In this document: positions 52,666-64,000 of the stretch, one piece after another
How the letters are laid out: the number at the start of each line of letters is the position of its first letter
Numbering within the stretch: position 1 is the stretch's first letter
NCBI RefSeq assembly: GCF_964204645.1
Contig: NC_134028.1
Span: forward strand, 7,502,001 to 7,566,000
Length of the DNA: 64,000 bases
DNA from: Tubulanus polymorphus
Taxonomy: Eukaryota > Animalia > Nemertea
Direction of reading: 5' to 3'
Position numbers and translations under genes: made by a program
Notes under the pieces: generated by a model
Seen by the model: the letters and a program-made list of their open reading frames with translations, nothing else
What the model was told of the DNA's origin: nothing
Database searches by the model: none

Positions 52666-55600
52666 AAATTTTAAGGACCATGGTTGGCCTGGAAATCATG
52701 AGCGTATAAGGGACCGTGAATGGATATTGTTGCTCAATATGGTCTCCAGTCAACAAGTAACAAGTTTTAGGAGCATCAAGAATAAAGTAGGCCAACCTTT
52801 TTTTCGCCGGATATGTTCTAAAAGAAAGTTTTGAAATCGCAAAATAGAGTTCGTGGAAGTAAGTTTTCTCATCAATGTAGAAGTATTGGAATTCTATTTG
52901 TAGACATAAAAAAGTAGTAGCAAAAGTTTAGCGATTCTGTCAGTAACACGACTAATAACTCTTGAGAGATGGGTTGAATCAAAGTCACGATTTAGCCATA
53001 CAGTCATTTCTTTTTATTAGGTGACTAACGAACCTAGAATGTCATCAATCTCACTATAAACTGTGTTGATTGTTCGCCAGCTCTTCGCTTCAACATTCGC
53101 TTCGAGATAATCACTCTGTTAACTATACACGGCTAGTGCCCTGCGTAGTATCGGGCTGGACTTACGACTCAAGTCACGAGTTCACCCTGCGTGATTTTCC
53201 TATCGTTTCCTTTGCATCGAGAGAACGGGGCGCTGTACCGTTCAAAATGACTTCACTTCCGTTCGACATTCCGCCAACCGGAGGTCGTATATCGTTTGCC
53301 GATGATCGATTGTCGAAAACTAGACGGATCACTACGTTAACCCTTTCAAGGTCATAGCCCAAATTCTAATACGTGGAATTCTCGCGCGATTCTCCGAAAC
53401 TGCCGCGGGCGCTGATAGCGCAAAAGATGTGGAAATTTGGAAGGACAAAAAACTTGTTCCGTAGTTATTATTACACCGCAAGTTTTATCGACGACACATT
53501 AGCAGCCTTTTCAAAACTAGGGACACGAAATGAATTCCTTCGGGGCAATTTGAACTGAATTTTACCGATCCCCGTAATGAACGCGCACGTAGATTCGCAA
53601 CATTCCTAAGGCTTTGCCGCGCTTCCCCGCAAATGACTGTCGGAGATGACATTTTCTCCGATCAATATACGGGAGACACTTTCGTCCGACATCAAACATT
53701 GCTAAATTTCACGAAGTATACCAAACGCGCCTAAACACTTTTCTGTTGAGTGAAGCTGATAAAATGAAAGCGCCGTTGTTCGAAAGTCAAAGGCCTCATT
53801 ATCTTCGGAAATGCGATAACTTCCCAGAATAATGAACAATTCATGAACGAATAAACGTATTTCGCTTCCACCGTTTGAATTTCTATTTCGCTCGCTGAAA
53901 AGTGTTGATATCGCAATGAACCGACTTTCTCAGGTAGATCCATACCGTGATTGGTTTGATTACAACGCAAAATATGGATCGTGACCAACGTGCATTACGC
54001 CAGCACTGCAAGTCTCTGATTCATGTAGAAACTTCCATCAATGTTGACTAGCTGTTTAGAAAAAAAAACTCATTTTCAAAGACTTCGATATAATTCTGAT
54101 TGCTTTCTGGAGTCGAGCAGTAATTTGGAGAGGCGCAGGGGCCGAGCCACTGGTCTCGTCAATCCAGGTTTATGGGTTCAAACCTTCTGGGTCGAAGGTT
54201 CATCTTTAGTCTCTCATTGGGAAAAAGAAACATCAAACCCGCCTATAATGCCCTGCACGGAGCTCAGTGGGTTGAGGGAATTAAGTACTTTAAAGGTTAA
54301 CTATTTTATTTGACGCACGAGCTTCTGGTTCTGTATTCTGATACAACCGATAGCGAAACTAATACAATATACGATAATAACTTTATTTCCATTTCTTTTA
54401 AATATCGGAAACAAGTTGAAAAACTGATAAATGGAATAGCTGCTTCGATTCACATTTAGTTTCTGAAATTTCAAAGATGACATAAATTCGAAAAAACTTA
54501 GGAGACTTTGGAAAAATGGACTTGTTCGCCAAAAGCGAGGGAAATATTTCGACCTTTCTCGGATGAATTTGTCACATCCGAAATTAATATGAAACTCTGA
54601 CTCTGTTGAAAATTATTTCAGTCAACAAAATGGGCTACTCTTCCATCCTCTACGTCCTCGAAAAATCACTCTCTCTAAATCTGAATTCTAATTTTTGCAT
54701 TTATTTCAAATATTTTCTTATATATTCTTATATTTCTTATATATGTATTTCTTTATACATGAAATGGATGGACAACGACCTAGACTAGACGACCTCGGTA
54801 TAGAGGCAGAATAAACAAAATTCAAATGCCGCGGGTTTCAGCAAACAAAACTCGTGACATTTTTCGGTTTCGACGATATAAACACGAACCGAACGACATC
54901 GCACGGCGCAATCTTTTTGTGTTCTCTCGTTCGTTTTAATTTCCTGGCAGCCCTGCCAGAACCAGCCGAGCGGGCAAGTGACAGAGTGGAAATTCTTAAT
55001 TATCCCTTACTTGATTGATCGAACTATTTCTATGTATGATTTCTACACATCCGAAAAGCGCGTACAGAATTCCCGTCCGAAACGACGACGTATTATATGA
55101 AATTTCTGAAATTATCAATAATCGTTATATAAAGTAGTAATATAATGTAAGTCGTGATATTTGTGTACGCGCTGATGACGGATAACCCTAAAAATCATTA
55201 GATTTCTTCGTCTGCAGAAATTGTTTCGCCGCGCAAATAGATTGCTTTATGAGTACGGACGGATTATTAAAGCCATGCGTAGAAGCGCACGATGCGTGAA
55301 CGAAGAACACCGCTCGCACACATTGCATAACACACGATCGAAAATGCAGGGGAAAAAACCAGGCGCAGACCGCGCCGAAGTGTAAGCGCACGCAAAGGTT
55401 TATGTTGAAAGATCCAATAAAGCGCGGGACAGACCAGGAAACAAGCGAAATAACTAAATTAGCTAAAATTACATCACGCTTCGTCCGGCGACTGTAAATC
55501 AGTCCGTAGTAAACGACGTTTCGTAAAGACGGAAACGAATTCAGAGATTTCCTCCATCAATCTAGGTCTCGCTGACATGCAAGGCTGTCGCTGCTGAGAC

Positions 55601-55921
55601 ATAATGAGCCGATGAAGATCGAGACCAAGGCCGTTTAGATGATTTGAGTTTATCTCGATATACGAAGAAAGTTTCGCTATGAGTGGTCAAATTGTGGTCC
55701 TATTAATCCACGCCGAAGGTGATATAATAGCGGTTTGTATTTTTTTTTTAGATGAGTGTAATGATATCCGCCGATGAAGCCTACTGACGGTAAAGCAACA
55801 TCATTTAAAAGCTCCACTCTATATCAAAGCAACATCTTAAGAAAGAGAAAGCTCCACATCATACTGGAATATCCCACACTTCTATATGTTTGTATATCTT
55901 TATGGCATGCTTTAATCTATT

Positions 55922-55999
55922 GTGGAATAAATTATCATCAAATTATAATTATTTTGGCAGGTGGAATAAATTATCATCAAATTATAATTGTTTTGCCAG
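55922..55999. repeat. 39-bp tandem duplication
   Basis: GTGGAATAAATTATCATCAAATTATAATTRTTTTGSCAG x2 with two differences. Confidence 0.95.
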
Positions 56000-56209
56000 A
56001 AGACCTGCCTCGGTACTATATACTTATTAATTTCTCCGATTTTCGATAGTTTCAACGTCGAATATCGTTGTATGTTATCTTTGTTTTTAATTCCCCTGTA
56101 AGCCAACGTTAAAAACGTTCAGAATTTTGAACCCAATCAGTCTCTTGCCGGTTCAGACTGTTTGGACGATTGTTTGAATGAACCGGAACCGATAAACAAA
56201 AAACTCTCT

Positions 56210-56375
56210 AAACTCGACCGCCTGTCACACGACTATATCTGTACTTCGATTTCTAAATATCAAAATCAAAACCTTGCTTTTCTCCCGGCAGGTGTGGCGG
56301 GTTTATAAGTAACAACAAACCGAAAAATCATTCGAAATCTATCAATCAAATAAATAACAAGGTCAATCCCTATGT
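56210..56375 (+). repeat. Dispersed repeat (family C), copy 3
   Basis: AAACTCGACCGCCTGTCACAC..CTATATCTGTACTTCGATTTC..CCCGGCAGGTGTGG..TCAATCCCTA. Confidence 0.8.
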
Positions 56376-57163
56376 AAAGATTTAAAAAAAAAACGTGCAG
56401 AATTCAACGATAGATCACGAGAGAACGTATAACGCCACAAAAATCTATATGAAAGATGCAAATGGGAACTACAACAAAACATCAGTTATAATATGCCATT
56501 TCTCGACATGACGTCGACGCTTTTCTGACGAGAAGCTGTATGAAAATTAATTTCTCAAGCTGATTACAGTTGACACGAGCAGACTTTGTACGATAATTAC
56601 TGAGCGTGCGACGAGCGCAATGGCATTTCAGAAGGACGCTATATATGTACGTACACGCAGAATCCATATAGAGCTACAAATTAAATTCACTGGCCACGCC
56701 GCATTTCATTTAATAGCTGAAACAGCTTGACGTCCACAAACAGTATCCAGATCAATCCAAACGTTAGAGGCACATGTTGCCCAAGGAACTGAGTTTGTAT
56801 TCATATATATATACGGACATGTTGTTACAAGCTGGTTCGAATCCCAAATTCCATTATTTACTGGTCACCCTGAGATCCATTAGCCGGGTTTGTCTGGTAA
56901 AGCGAGTCAACTCGATCTCCTCGGTCCGCTGTTCGTTTCTTGACACGCTCGGTCATGGCTAAGCTAATCGACTCTGTGGCGTCTGGGTCGTTCGGTCAAT
57001 TTACTATTGCATCATCCAGAGAACTATGAAAAAACTGTGAGTGAAGAACTCCATAAGAGCATGGACGTATAGACTATTGTTTACGCGCAGGGTAAAGAGT
57101 GATCCTGCACGCTGCAATGTTGATTTTTCCTGTTTTCATTCGACTGAGTAAACGGAAGGGTCA

Positions 57164-57487
57164 CATCCTCGGCCCCGACATGAATTCGAACCTGATAGCA
57201 TCGCTAGACTCAGCAACGGTACGAAACCTGCCACACTAGACCGGATGCGCAAGTACACGCGCAGGTTTGCCGCAAGAAAACTTGCGGCACCAATCAGATT
57301 GCTCGTTGTAATCGCTGAGGGAAATTTCACAGATATACTATAAATGGAAACCCCGGGCTGAAATAAAACGGGATCTGATTGGCTTTAAGCTGCACATGTA
57401 CCTGCGCACCCGGTTTAGTGTGGCAGGGTATCGTGCCGTGGCCGAGTCTAGCGATGCCATCAGGTACGAATCCTTGCCGGGGGGATG
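57164..57487 (-). mobile_element. tRNA-arm MITE, copy 3 (opposite orientation to copy 1)
   Basis: CATCCTC..ATTCGAACCTGATAGCATCGCTA..GCCATCAGGTACGAATCC..GGGGATG; interior is the reverse complement of 24230-24400; TSD eroded (5 of 9). Confidence 0.85.
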
Positions 57488-60400
57488 GTACGAACACGGC
57501 TATTGTATGCAAGAACGCCATATTTTATCAGTCAAAAGGTATTGGGTTATTGACACATCTCGACGGTGCGCTTTGTTGATATGTTGGGTGCGATGTTTCG
57601 GTAGGACCATGGATCAACAACGGTCTAGAGTCCAGACAGACAGGTGATGGCGACACGTGTCCTAACCATTAAAAAAAACATGTAATCTTTGCTTGGCAGA
57701 TATTTTTGAATTCCGTGTACCTGTTTTCGATATAAGCGATCGACAACACTGAGACAAAAAATACGCATTTTCGCCACCATTCTCACATGGGAAAAACAAA
57801 ACAGATGTCTCCCAGGCACTGCGTCTCATTTTGGGGTGATATAACCAGACGAGAAAGCGATCGAAGGGTAAACGTCCAACCCGTCACAAAAATGACAGAT
57901 ATACGATCGTGAAAATATCTCGCGGCATTTGAATGGAATTGGTTTTGCGGATTCTGCACGTTTTAATTAAGCTGATATCATCACGCAATATCATCCTGGA
58001 AATCCGTATTTGCTCGGCTACGGCTGATGCTGGTGTATCGCTCTATTTTGCCGTACGCGTACGCTCACCGCGAAACGTCGTCCTTTTCTGAGACGCTAAA
58101 ACGTACGGTAGTCAGCCGGGAGAATGTTTTTTTTCCAAATTGTCTGGATAGAAAAATCGATGGTCGACCGGAATTTATTTCTCGTTCCGGCATCGGAAAT
58201 CATCTATAGTTGAACCTTAGACATATTTTCACTGCATATAGCTTACGTAACTTACTGGAGCTTTCTTCTAGTTCTCTAACCAACTGGGGTTTCCTCTCTG
58301 ATGACATTATTCTCCATCGTGTTCCAGTAAGTTATCTATATCACCCAGTTAAAATAAGTCTATATGGTTCAGATGAACCCGAATAAATGAACCAGGAAGT
58401 CACCTGTCGAAAACAGAAATCGTTAACCTTCACGTTCATCCAGAATTGGATGAATAATAACTTTAAAAAGCCAATTCAAAAGGGATGTGACGCTCGCGTT
58501 CAGTTTAAATTGGCCTCTGATGATATTCCGATTTGATATTCGAAATCTTCGATTTAACTGTCGAATCCTTGCTCTAGATATACAGCAGCTTAGAATTATA
58601 CAGAGTACGCAGACAGTTTCAATACATCGCCTCGTCCTCTTTACTTTTTTGCTTCAAAACAATCGCAAACAGGTAAGAGCTTCCTCGGCAAATTCAACCT
58701 ACCGGAATTAAGACAATTCGTGCGTGTGCTTTCGCACAATGTATTATTTGTGTATACGCGGTCTTTTTTTCCGCGAACTGCGGTAGTCGCTGCATTATCG
58801 GCATCGTCGGGGGATTCTATCTCGAACACACGCGTGTATAAGATATTATTCGGTGTCTCTAATTCGAACGCCCGACGGATTCGGGAATGTTCGCTTTCCG
58901 GAAGACTCGCGGGGAACGGTGAGAAATTCTTAGCGCAAACTCGAGGGATTCTCGAAAAGCTTAAAACAGAACACAAATGAATCGCGCGCGATTGCGCGTA
59001 TTGACAAGAGAATAAATTCATCATACATATATTCATCGAAAGGCATAATGCGACGTTGAGCAATCTATCAGATGAAATACCCTAAAGGGTTTTTTGAAAG
59101 AGATTTCATTTTCATTTTGGAATTTCTCGTTTGTATGACAAATTGTTATGCTTCATTTTGTTTCATCAAGCTGTTTGTGTTTTCCTTAATTCTAAACGCT
59201 GACATTACGGTCGAAATGACGTGTTTCCGCCAAGTTGTCGATGTTTTTGATGTATCTACGAATCACCCCTTATGTGAAAACACCTAAACTGCCTGGCGCG
59301 ATTATTATCATCGGACATTGGTCGGGAAGTGAACCTCTTTTTCTGAGCGAGTCATTATCTTCAATATTATAAGTGACTCTTTTTCGAACGAGCAGGCCCG
59401 CCAGCGAATCATGTCAATATGGTTCATGATTAGCCAGTAACCGATGAAATGGCATAACGGTTATGACAAAATTGGCGCCAGTTACCTAGGTAACGGACGT
59501 TCGAGCAGAAATGTTGTTGCCTCTGGCAAGCAACGAAAGACAGGTTAGGCAGGTACAGACAGTCGGCAAAACCTGCTCATACAAAAGTTACACATCTATG
59601 GCTACCCCTTTCTGTAGTTCCATATTTATGAGTGAATTTATGTCCGATGAGCTTGATGAGGATCTCAGAAAAACGCGATGAGTCTATGATCGAGTTTCAA
59701 CTAATGATCGCTTTTCCGGGGTTTAAATTAAAGCTAGAAAAGTGAACATCACTTTAATTAAAGGCAATGATTAGTATTTTTCAAATGTCAAATCACATTA
59801 TTCACATTCAAGACATCAGATAAGATTGGGCGATGCTCATATTGGTACTGCATGTGACGGTATGTCCGATTCAATGAAGACTGGTTTTCGCCATTTTGGA
59901 ATAAAGCCTCGTTCCAGTGCACAATCTACAGCGTGATCATAGTTCTTCTTTTTAATCTTAAAAGAAGCGATCGTCCCTCTTTTTGATCATAGAGATTTGA
60001 CCTTATATGATTTGGTGTCCCTTACAAACCCGCCATGCCTGCCGGAAACGAAACAACGGGTTTGATTTTGTTGAAGTACATATATAGTTGGGTTATCGGT
60101 GGTCGAATTTACCGAACTTTTAGTTTGGTCGTCAGTGTTGCAAACTTGCCGTACAGATACCGTTAGAGAATATCATTATCTAGAAATTTCGCGGATCTTG
60201 TAAATTTCGCATCGAGTTTACCGTCAATATGGCGTCGGTCACGTGAAAAGAAGTTCATGGCTGCGCGAGCTTTGTAATATGCCCTCCGCGGTGTCATTCA
60301 CAGTGCAAGATTCCATAAGTTACTTCCATATTACCCATCGGAGATGAGGGTAATATAGCTTTTTATCGTCGAGAATGTCCTCAGCGTGTCCAACGAGGCG

Positions 60401-62684
60401 TGGTTGATGATATTTCAGGAATGTCTAGTCAATCTCGATGCTACATTGTACATCAAAGCGGCCTCAATCGCCTCAGATGAGAGCTTTGTGTGGGGAGCTT
60501 TACGTTTTTCAGTTATTGCCTTCGTTGCTCGCGTGTTTACACGCGCTGAAACATTTGTCCACAACCGACTGGTCATCGGCGTATCTAATTGTGAACAACC
60601 GTAACGAATGACGGACCAATAAAAGTAGTAATCTTATGAAGAAAATACCCGGACGCGGTCATTTCAAGACGTCATTTTTTTATGAACAGACATTCCGCAC
60701 TAGAATTTTTGGATCATGAAATAATCTTCAGAGATATATAAATCGAAATACAGCTCCAATGAAGCACTTAACGTTTTCTGCACTGGACTACAATAAGCCT
60801 TTTTACAGTTTCCAGGCGCCATTTTTGGGTACCCGCCGGGTCCGCATTGTTGAATTTTTTGTCCCTATTTTTCTCCGGTTTAATTTTTTCATTTCGTTCA
60901 TATCTCTGGATTTGATTAAGATAGAAACAAAGTAAAAATATCGATGAACTCGGCTGATAATTATCTTTTCTATGATATCACTCATTTATTAAGTTAATGC
61001 AACAATGTGCCAATTACTAGGATCCGAACCTTATCTGAGGATGACTCAACTTATATCGTAGTTAGAATGTAAGTCATGGGCTCGAACGTAATTCATGGAA
61101 ATCAAGTTGATAAAAAGGCATTTACGAAGCATCAGAAAACCCTTACCAAATCTGCAACGCAGTACTGCGAAATATTGAACAACGTAATGGTTTACTTTTT
61201 CAGAGAAATCTAGCTTCCGATTGAAATGCTGTTATCTATTATTCTCTTGTTTGACCATGTCGGCAGCCGCTACGTTTTCAAAACGTTCCCTAGCGCGACG
61301 CGTACGTGAATATTATGTTTCTACGATCATCATGAACAAATCGTTACTGGCAGACTTTCCAAACTTGGCAGATTGCACACAGCTTAATTGAATACGTGGT
61401 GAGATGGAAGTTCGGTTCATATGCATTACACGAAGTTCCGTTCGCTTGGTTATCTGGTACATCTAACGTATGGTATATACATGTGTAATGCAATAGATGT
61501 TCAGATTTTGCTATCGTTTAATGGCCAACACGTACATTTTACCGATTTACTAACACCAGAGATTGTATCGACAGATCAATTCCAATCTGTTATCTATAAT
61601 GGATTATTTATATCTCGATCATCTTACATATGTATATATATCTATAAGGAACATTGGCCTATCTCAGCATCTTCCGCAGCGGTTTGACGGTACATCCCCG
61701 GCCGGTTTATAAGTAAATCGTAGCCACCGCATCGGTTATAGATATCGATTTGTGGAGGATGGTATAGATAACAAAAAAAGCAGTTCTGTTCATCTATAGA
61801 TCACTTAACACCACGCGGGAAAGATTGGAACCCTTTTTGACTTACAAATGAATTTCATAAATCTCCTTATCATCAATAATGATTCTAGGTTTATACGATT
61901 TTCACGCCAGCCTTGTACACTCTCTTACACACCACGCTTACACAGAAACTGGCAACGTAGCACATCAAAGGAGATATGATTAAATGATACGATTAAACTT
62001 CCGATCTACATTTCATCGTAATCCTTATCAAAATGATCGTATTGATGGTGTAAAAAAAAAATATTTTTAATATATCATAAATTCGTTTTTTTGTCCATGG
62101 AGGATTATAATACGAGCGGAAATGAAAACACATTCAAATATTTCTATCGGTTTCGAAGATGAATAGATTGAGAACATTTTCAATTCGTTATTTCTCCGCA
62201 CGATTCGTCGATGAAAATAATGCGACTGATAAAATGAACACATTTGCCGCACGCATGAGAAATTGGTACTTCATATTCGCAAAAATCGATTCAAAATGCA
62301 CTAATGAACATGCAAGGATCGTATTGGCACAGCTGAATACTGGCCGATTCAAAAAGAAAAATGAGCATCTGTTATTACAATCGGCGGTCAAAATAAATAA
62401 GTGTAGTGTGACATAATTGAAACTACGCGCACATTTCAATACTTCACGCCATGTAATTAATAAAAAGTCCAGAAGGACTGGTAGACTGATATGAATCTCA
62501 GTATAGTCAACAAGTATAAACCCACAGTTAATATAAAAGCGTTTATTGTATTGACAGTTTCGGAATTTATCTATAAAACTGTGGGATTTTACTTGTCAAA
62601 CCCGGGATAGATTCGGACGCCTTTGAAAAAAAGCCTCCACGTTTTTTTTCCGCTTTCTCATTCGGGCTTCAATTAATTTTTGGC

Positions 62685-62698
62685 GGGGGGGGGGGGGG
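62685..62698. repeat. G14 homopolymer
   Basis: Fourteen consecutive G. Confidence 0.9.
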
Positions 62699-64000
62699 CA
62701 GGGGAACCCGAAAAGGCAGTTCCATGGGATATGACATTGTCACAAAGGGCAATGTTCCAAAATTCCTGTGGGGCCTGTCTCACAGCCTTGCATTTTCGAG
62801 GTTATGCTGGAGGGGTAAAGAATATCGAAAAAAAATAACTAACATATTGCAGTCAGTCAGTCATGCTAGCAGTCGATGTGAAAAAACATAGGTGGTTTAG
62901 AATTGGCTGGCATTTTCATTCTAAAGCTAGTTGATCATAAATTTAGTACATACCTGTAGCAGTTCGCACATCAATGGGGAGGGAGTTTGTAATGGTTAGG
63001 ATACATAGTAAGCCAATAAGAATTTATGTCACTATCAGTGTTTTCGTTCGGGTCCGGTGAAATCGACGAGCCGCAATAAACATATAAGTTCATCTATATT
63101 GCTCTCTATCGATCGATATGTATGTCTGTGTAATGAGCGACATCCGGGGTGTCGTGTATCCGAACGTCCGGTCTACTGGATTTCCCTCATTCAACGTGTG
63201 GTGTCTGGGTTCGAGAGATCATTTAACGAATTGATCTTTGAAACAAGCACGGCTGCTCGGAGAGAGTATGCCCTCAAAGCTTACGCTTCTTGGTCACGAT
63301 GGAAATAATCTGTAACCGCGTTATCCAAACTAACTTAAACGTATTGAAGCATAGAAATACCCGAGCATTCGAAAACCTTCAGATCATCACTGTATACTCA
63401 TATACTATGCTTTCGGAATTCAAAATTATTCTATTTCGACATTTTCCCATTCATTTCTGAGACGGTTTGATTTCCATTTTTTTTTTCATTGAAATAACGA
63501 AAGAATTCGACTTGTCATATACGACCCAGTCGTCGAAATTCCCCATAGATTTCCGACGAAATCACTGAACAATCTGCCCTTGCGATAAGCAGGAAATTAT
63601 CTAGATGTTTTTGCTGAGTTAATGTTTTATTTAGTAGACAAGTTGCTCTGTTGACTGAAAGAGAGAGAGAGTGTTTATCTATTTCCAGCAACGTGCCCTG
63701 ATGATCTGTGCTGATTGTCCAAACGTTATGTATTAATTCCTACTGTTATCATTGCTATATATATGATAGGCTGCGCATTAGTTCTACGCTCGTAACCAGA
63801 AGATATATTTTTTTCCGATAAAGGAGTGACTATTACCCCCAAGTCTATAAGTCTCGATTCCCGATGTGCAAACAATATTGTGTATATTATCAATTCCGAA
63901 GAGATCAAGGGCTAATGAGAGTGGCATATATAAGGCCTAATTCTACAGTGAAATCTCCAAGGACCAGCATTATCTATAATTCAGTTTATAGCGGCAGGTT

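Noticed and set aside
54115-54280. SINE-like segment with GGTTCAAACC
   Set aside because: B-box-like word only; no clear A box, tail or second copy.
55922-55999. CRISPR-like repeat
   Set aside because: Two directly abutting units with no spacers, no cas genes, and a eukaryotic context.
63712-63725. 14-nt match to the 5' part of miR-219 (TGATTGTCCAAACG)
   Set aside because: The 3' part diverges and I see no complementary star arm downstream; probably chance.
63695-63735. CTGATGA..CAAACGTT as a hammerhead ribozyme
   Set aside because: GAAA is replaced by CAAA and stems I and II do not pair convincingly; at best a decayed remnant.

Overview
This window is AT-rich eukaryotic DNA, most likely an invertebrate animal: CpG is not visibly depleted and the repeats are animal-type. 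I can support no intact host protein-coding gene, rRNA, true tRNA or CRISPR array, so it reads as a long intergenic region or giant intron. Recognisable content is mostly mobile-element debris: two LINE 3' ends with a Cys/His knuckle; a Penelope GIY-YIG fragment with an inverted hammerhead-like pLTR piece; tRNA-headed CORE-like SINEs; a ~1.75 kb TA-flanked element with ~570 bp TIRs nested in another MITE; several small MITE families; tandem repeats; and an (AT)n tract. Between these lie unique CpG- and TAAT-rich blocks that look regulatory, including one well-spaced TATA-like/Inr core promoter candidate. The most unusual items are a three-copy, 9-bp-TSD MITE whose inverted arms are outward-facing tRNA-like Pol III A/B boxes, and a 38-bp perfect palindrome flanked by a 7-bp TSD. 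All alignments were made by eye, so boundaries of diverged copies are approximate.
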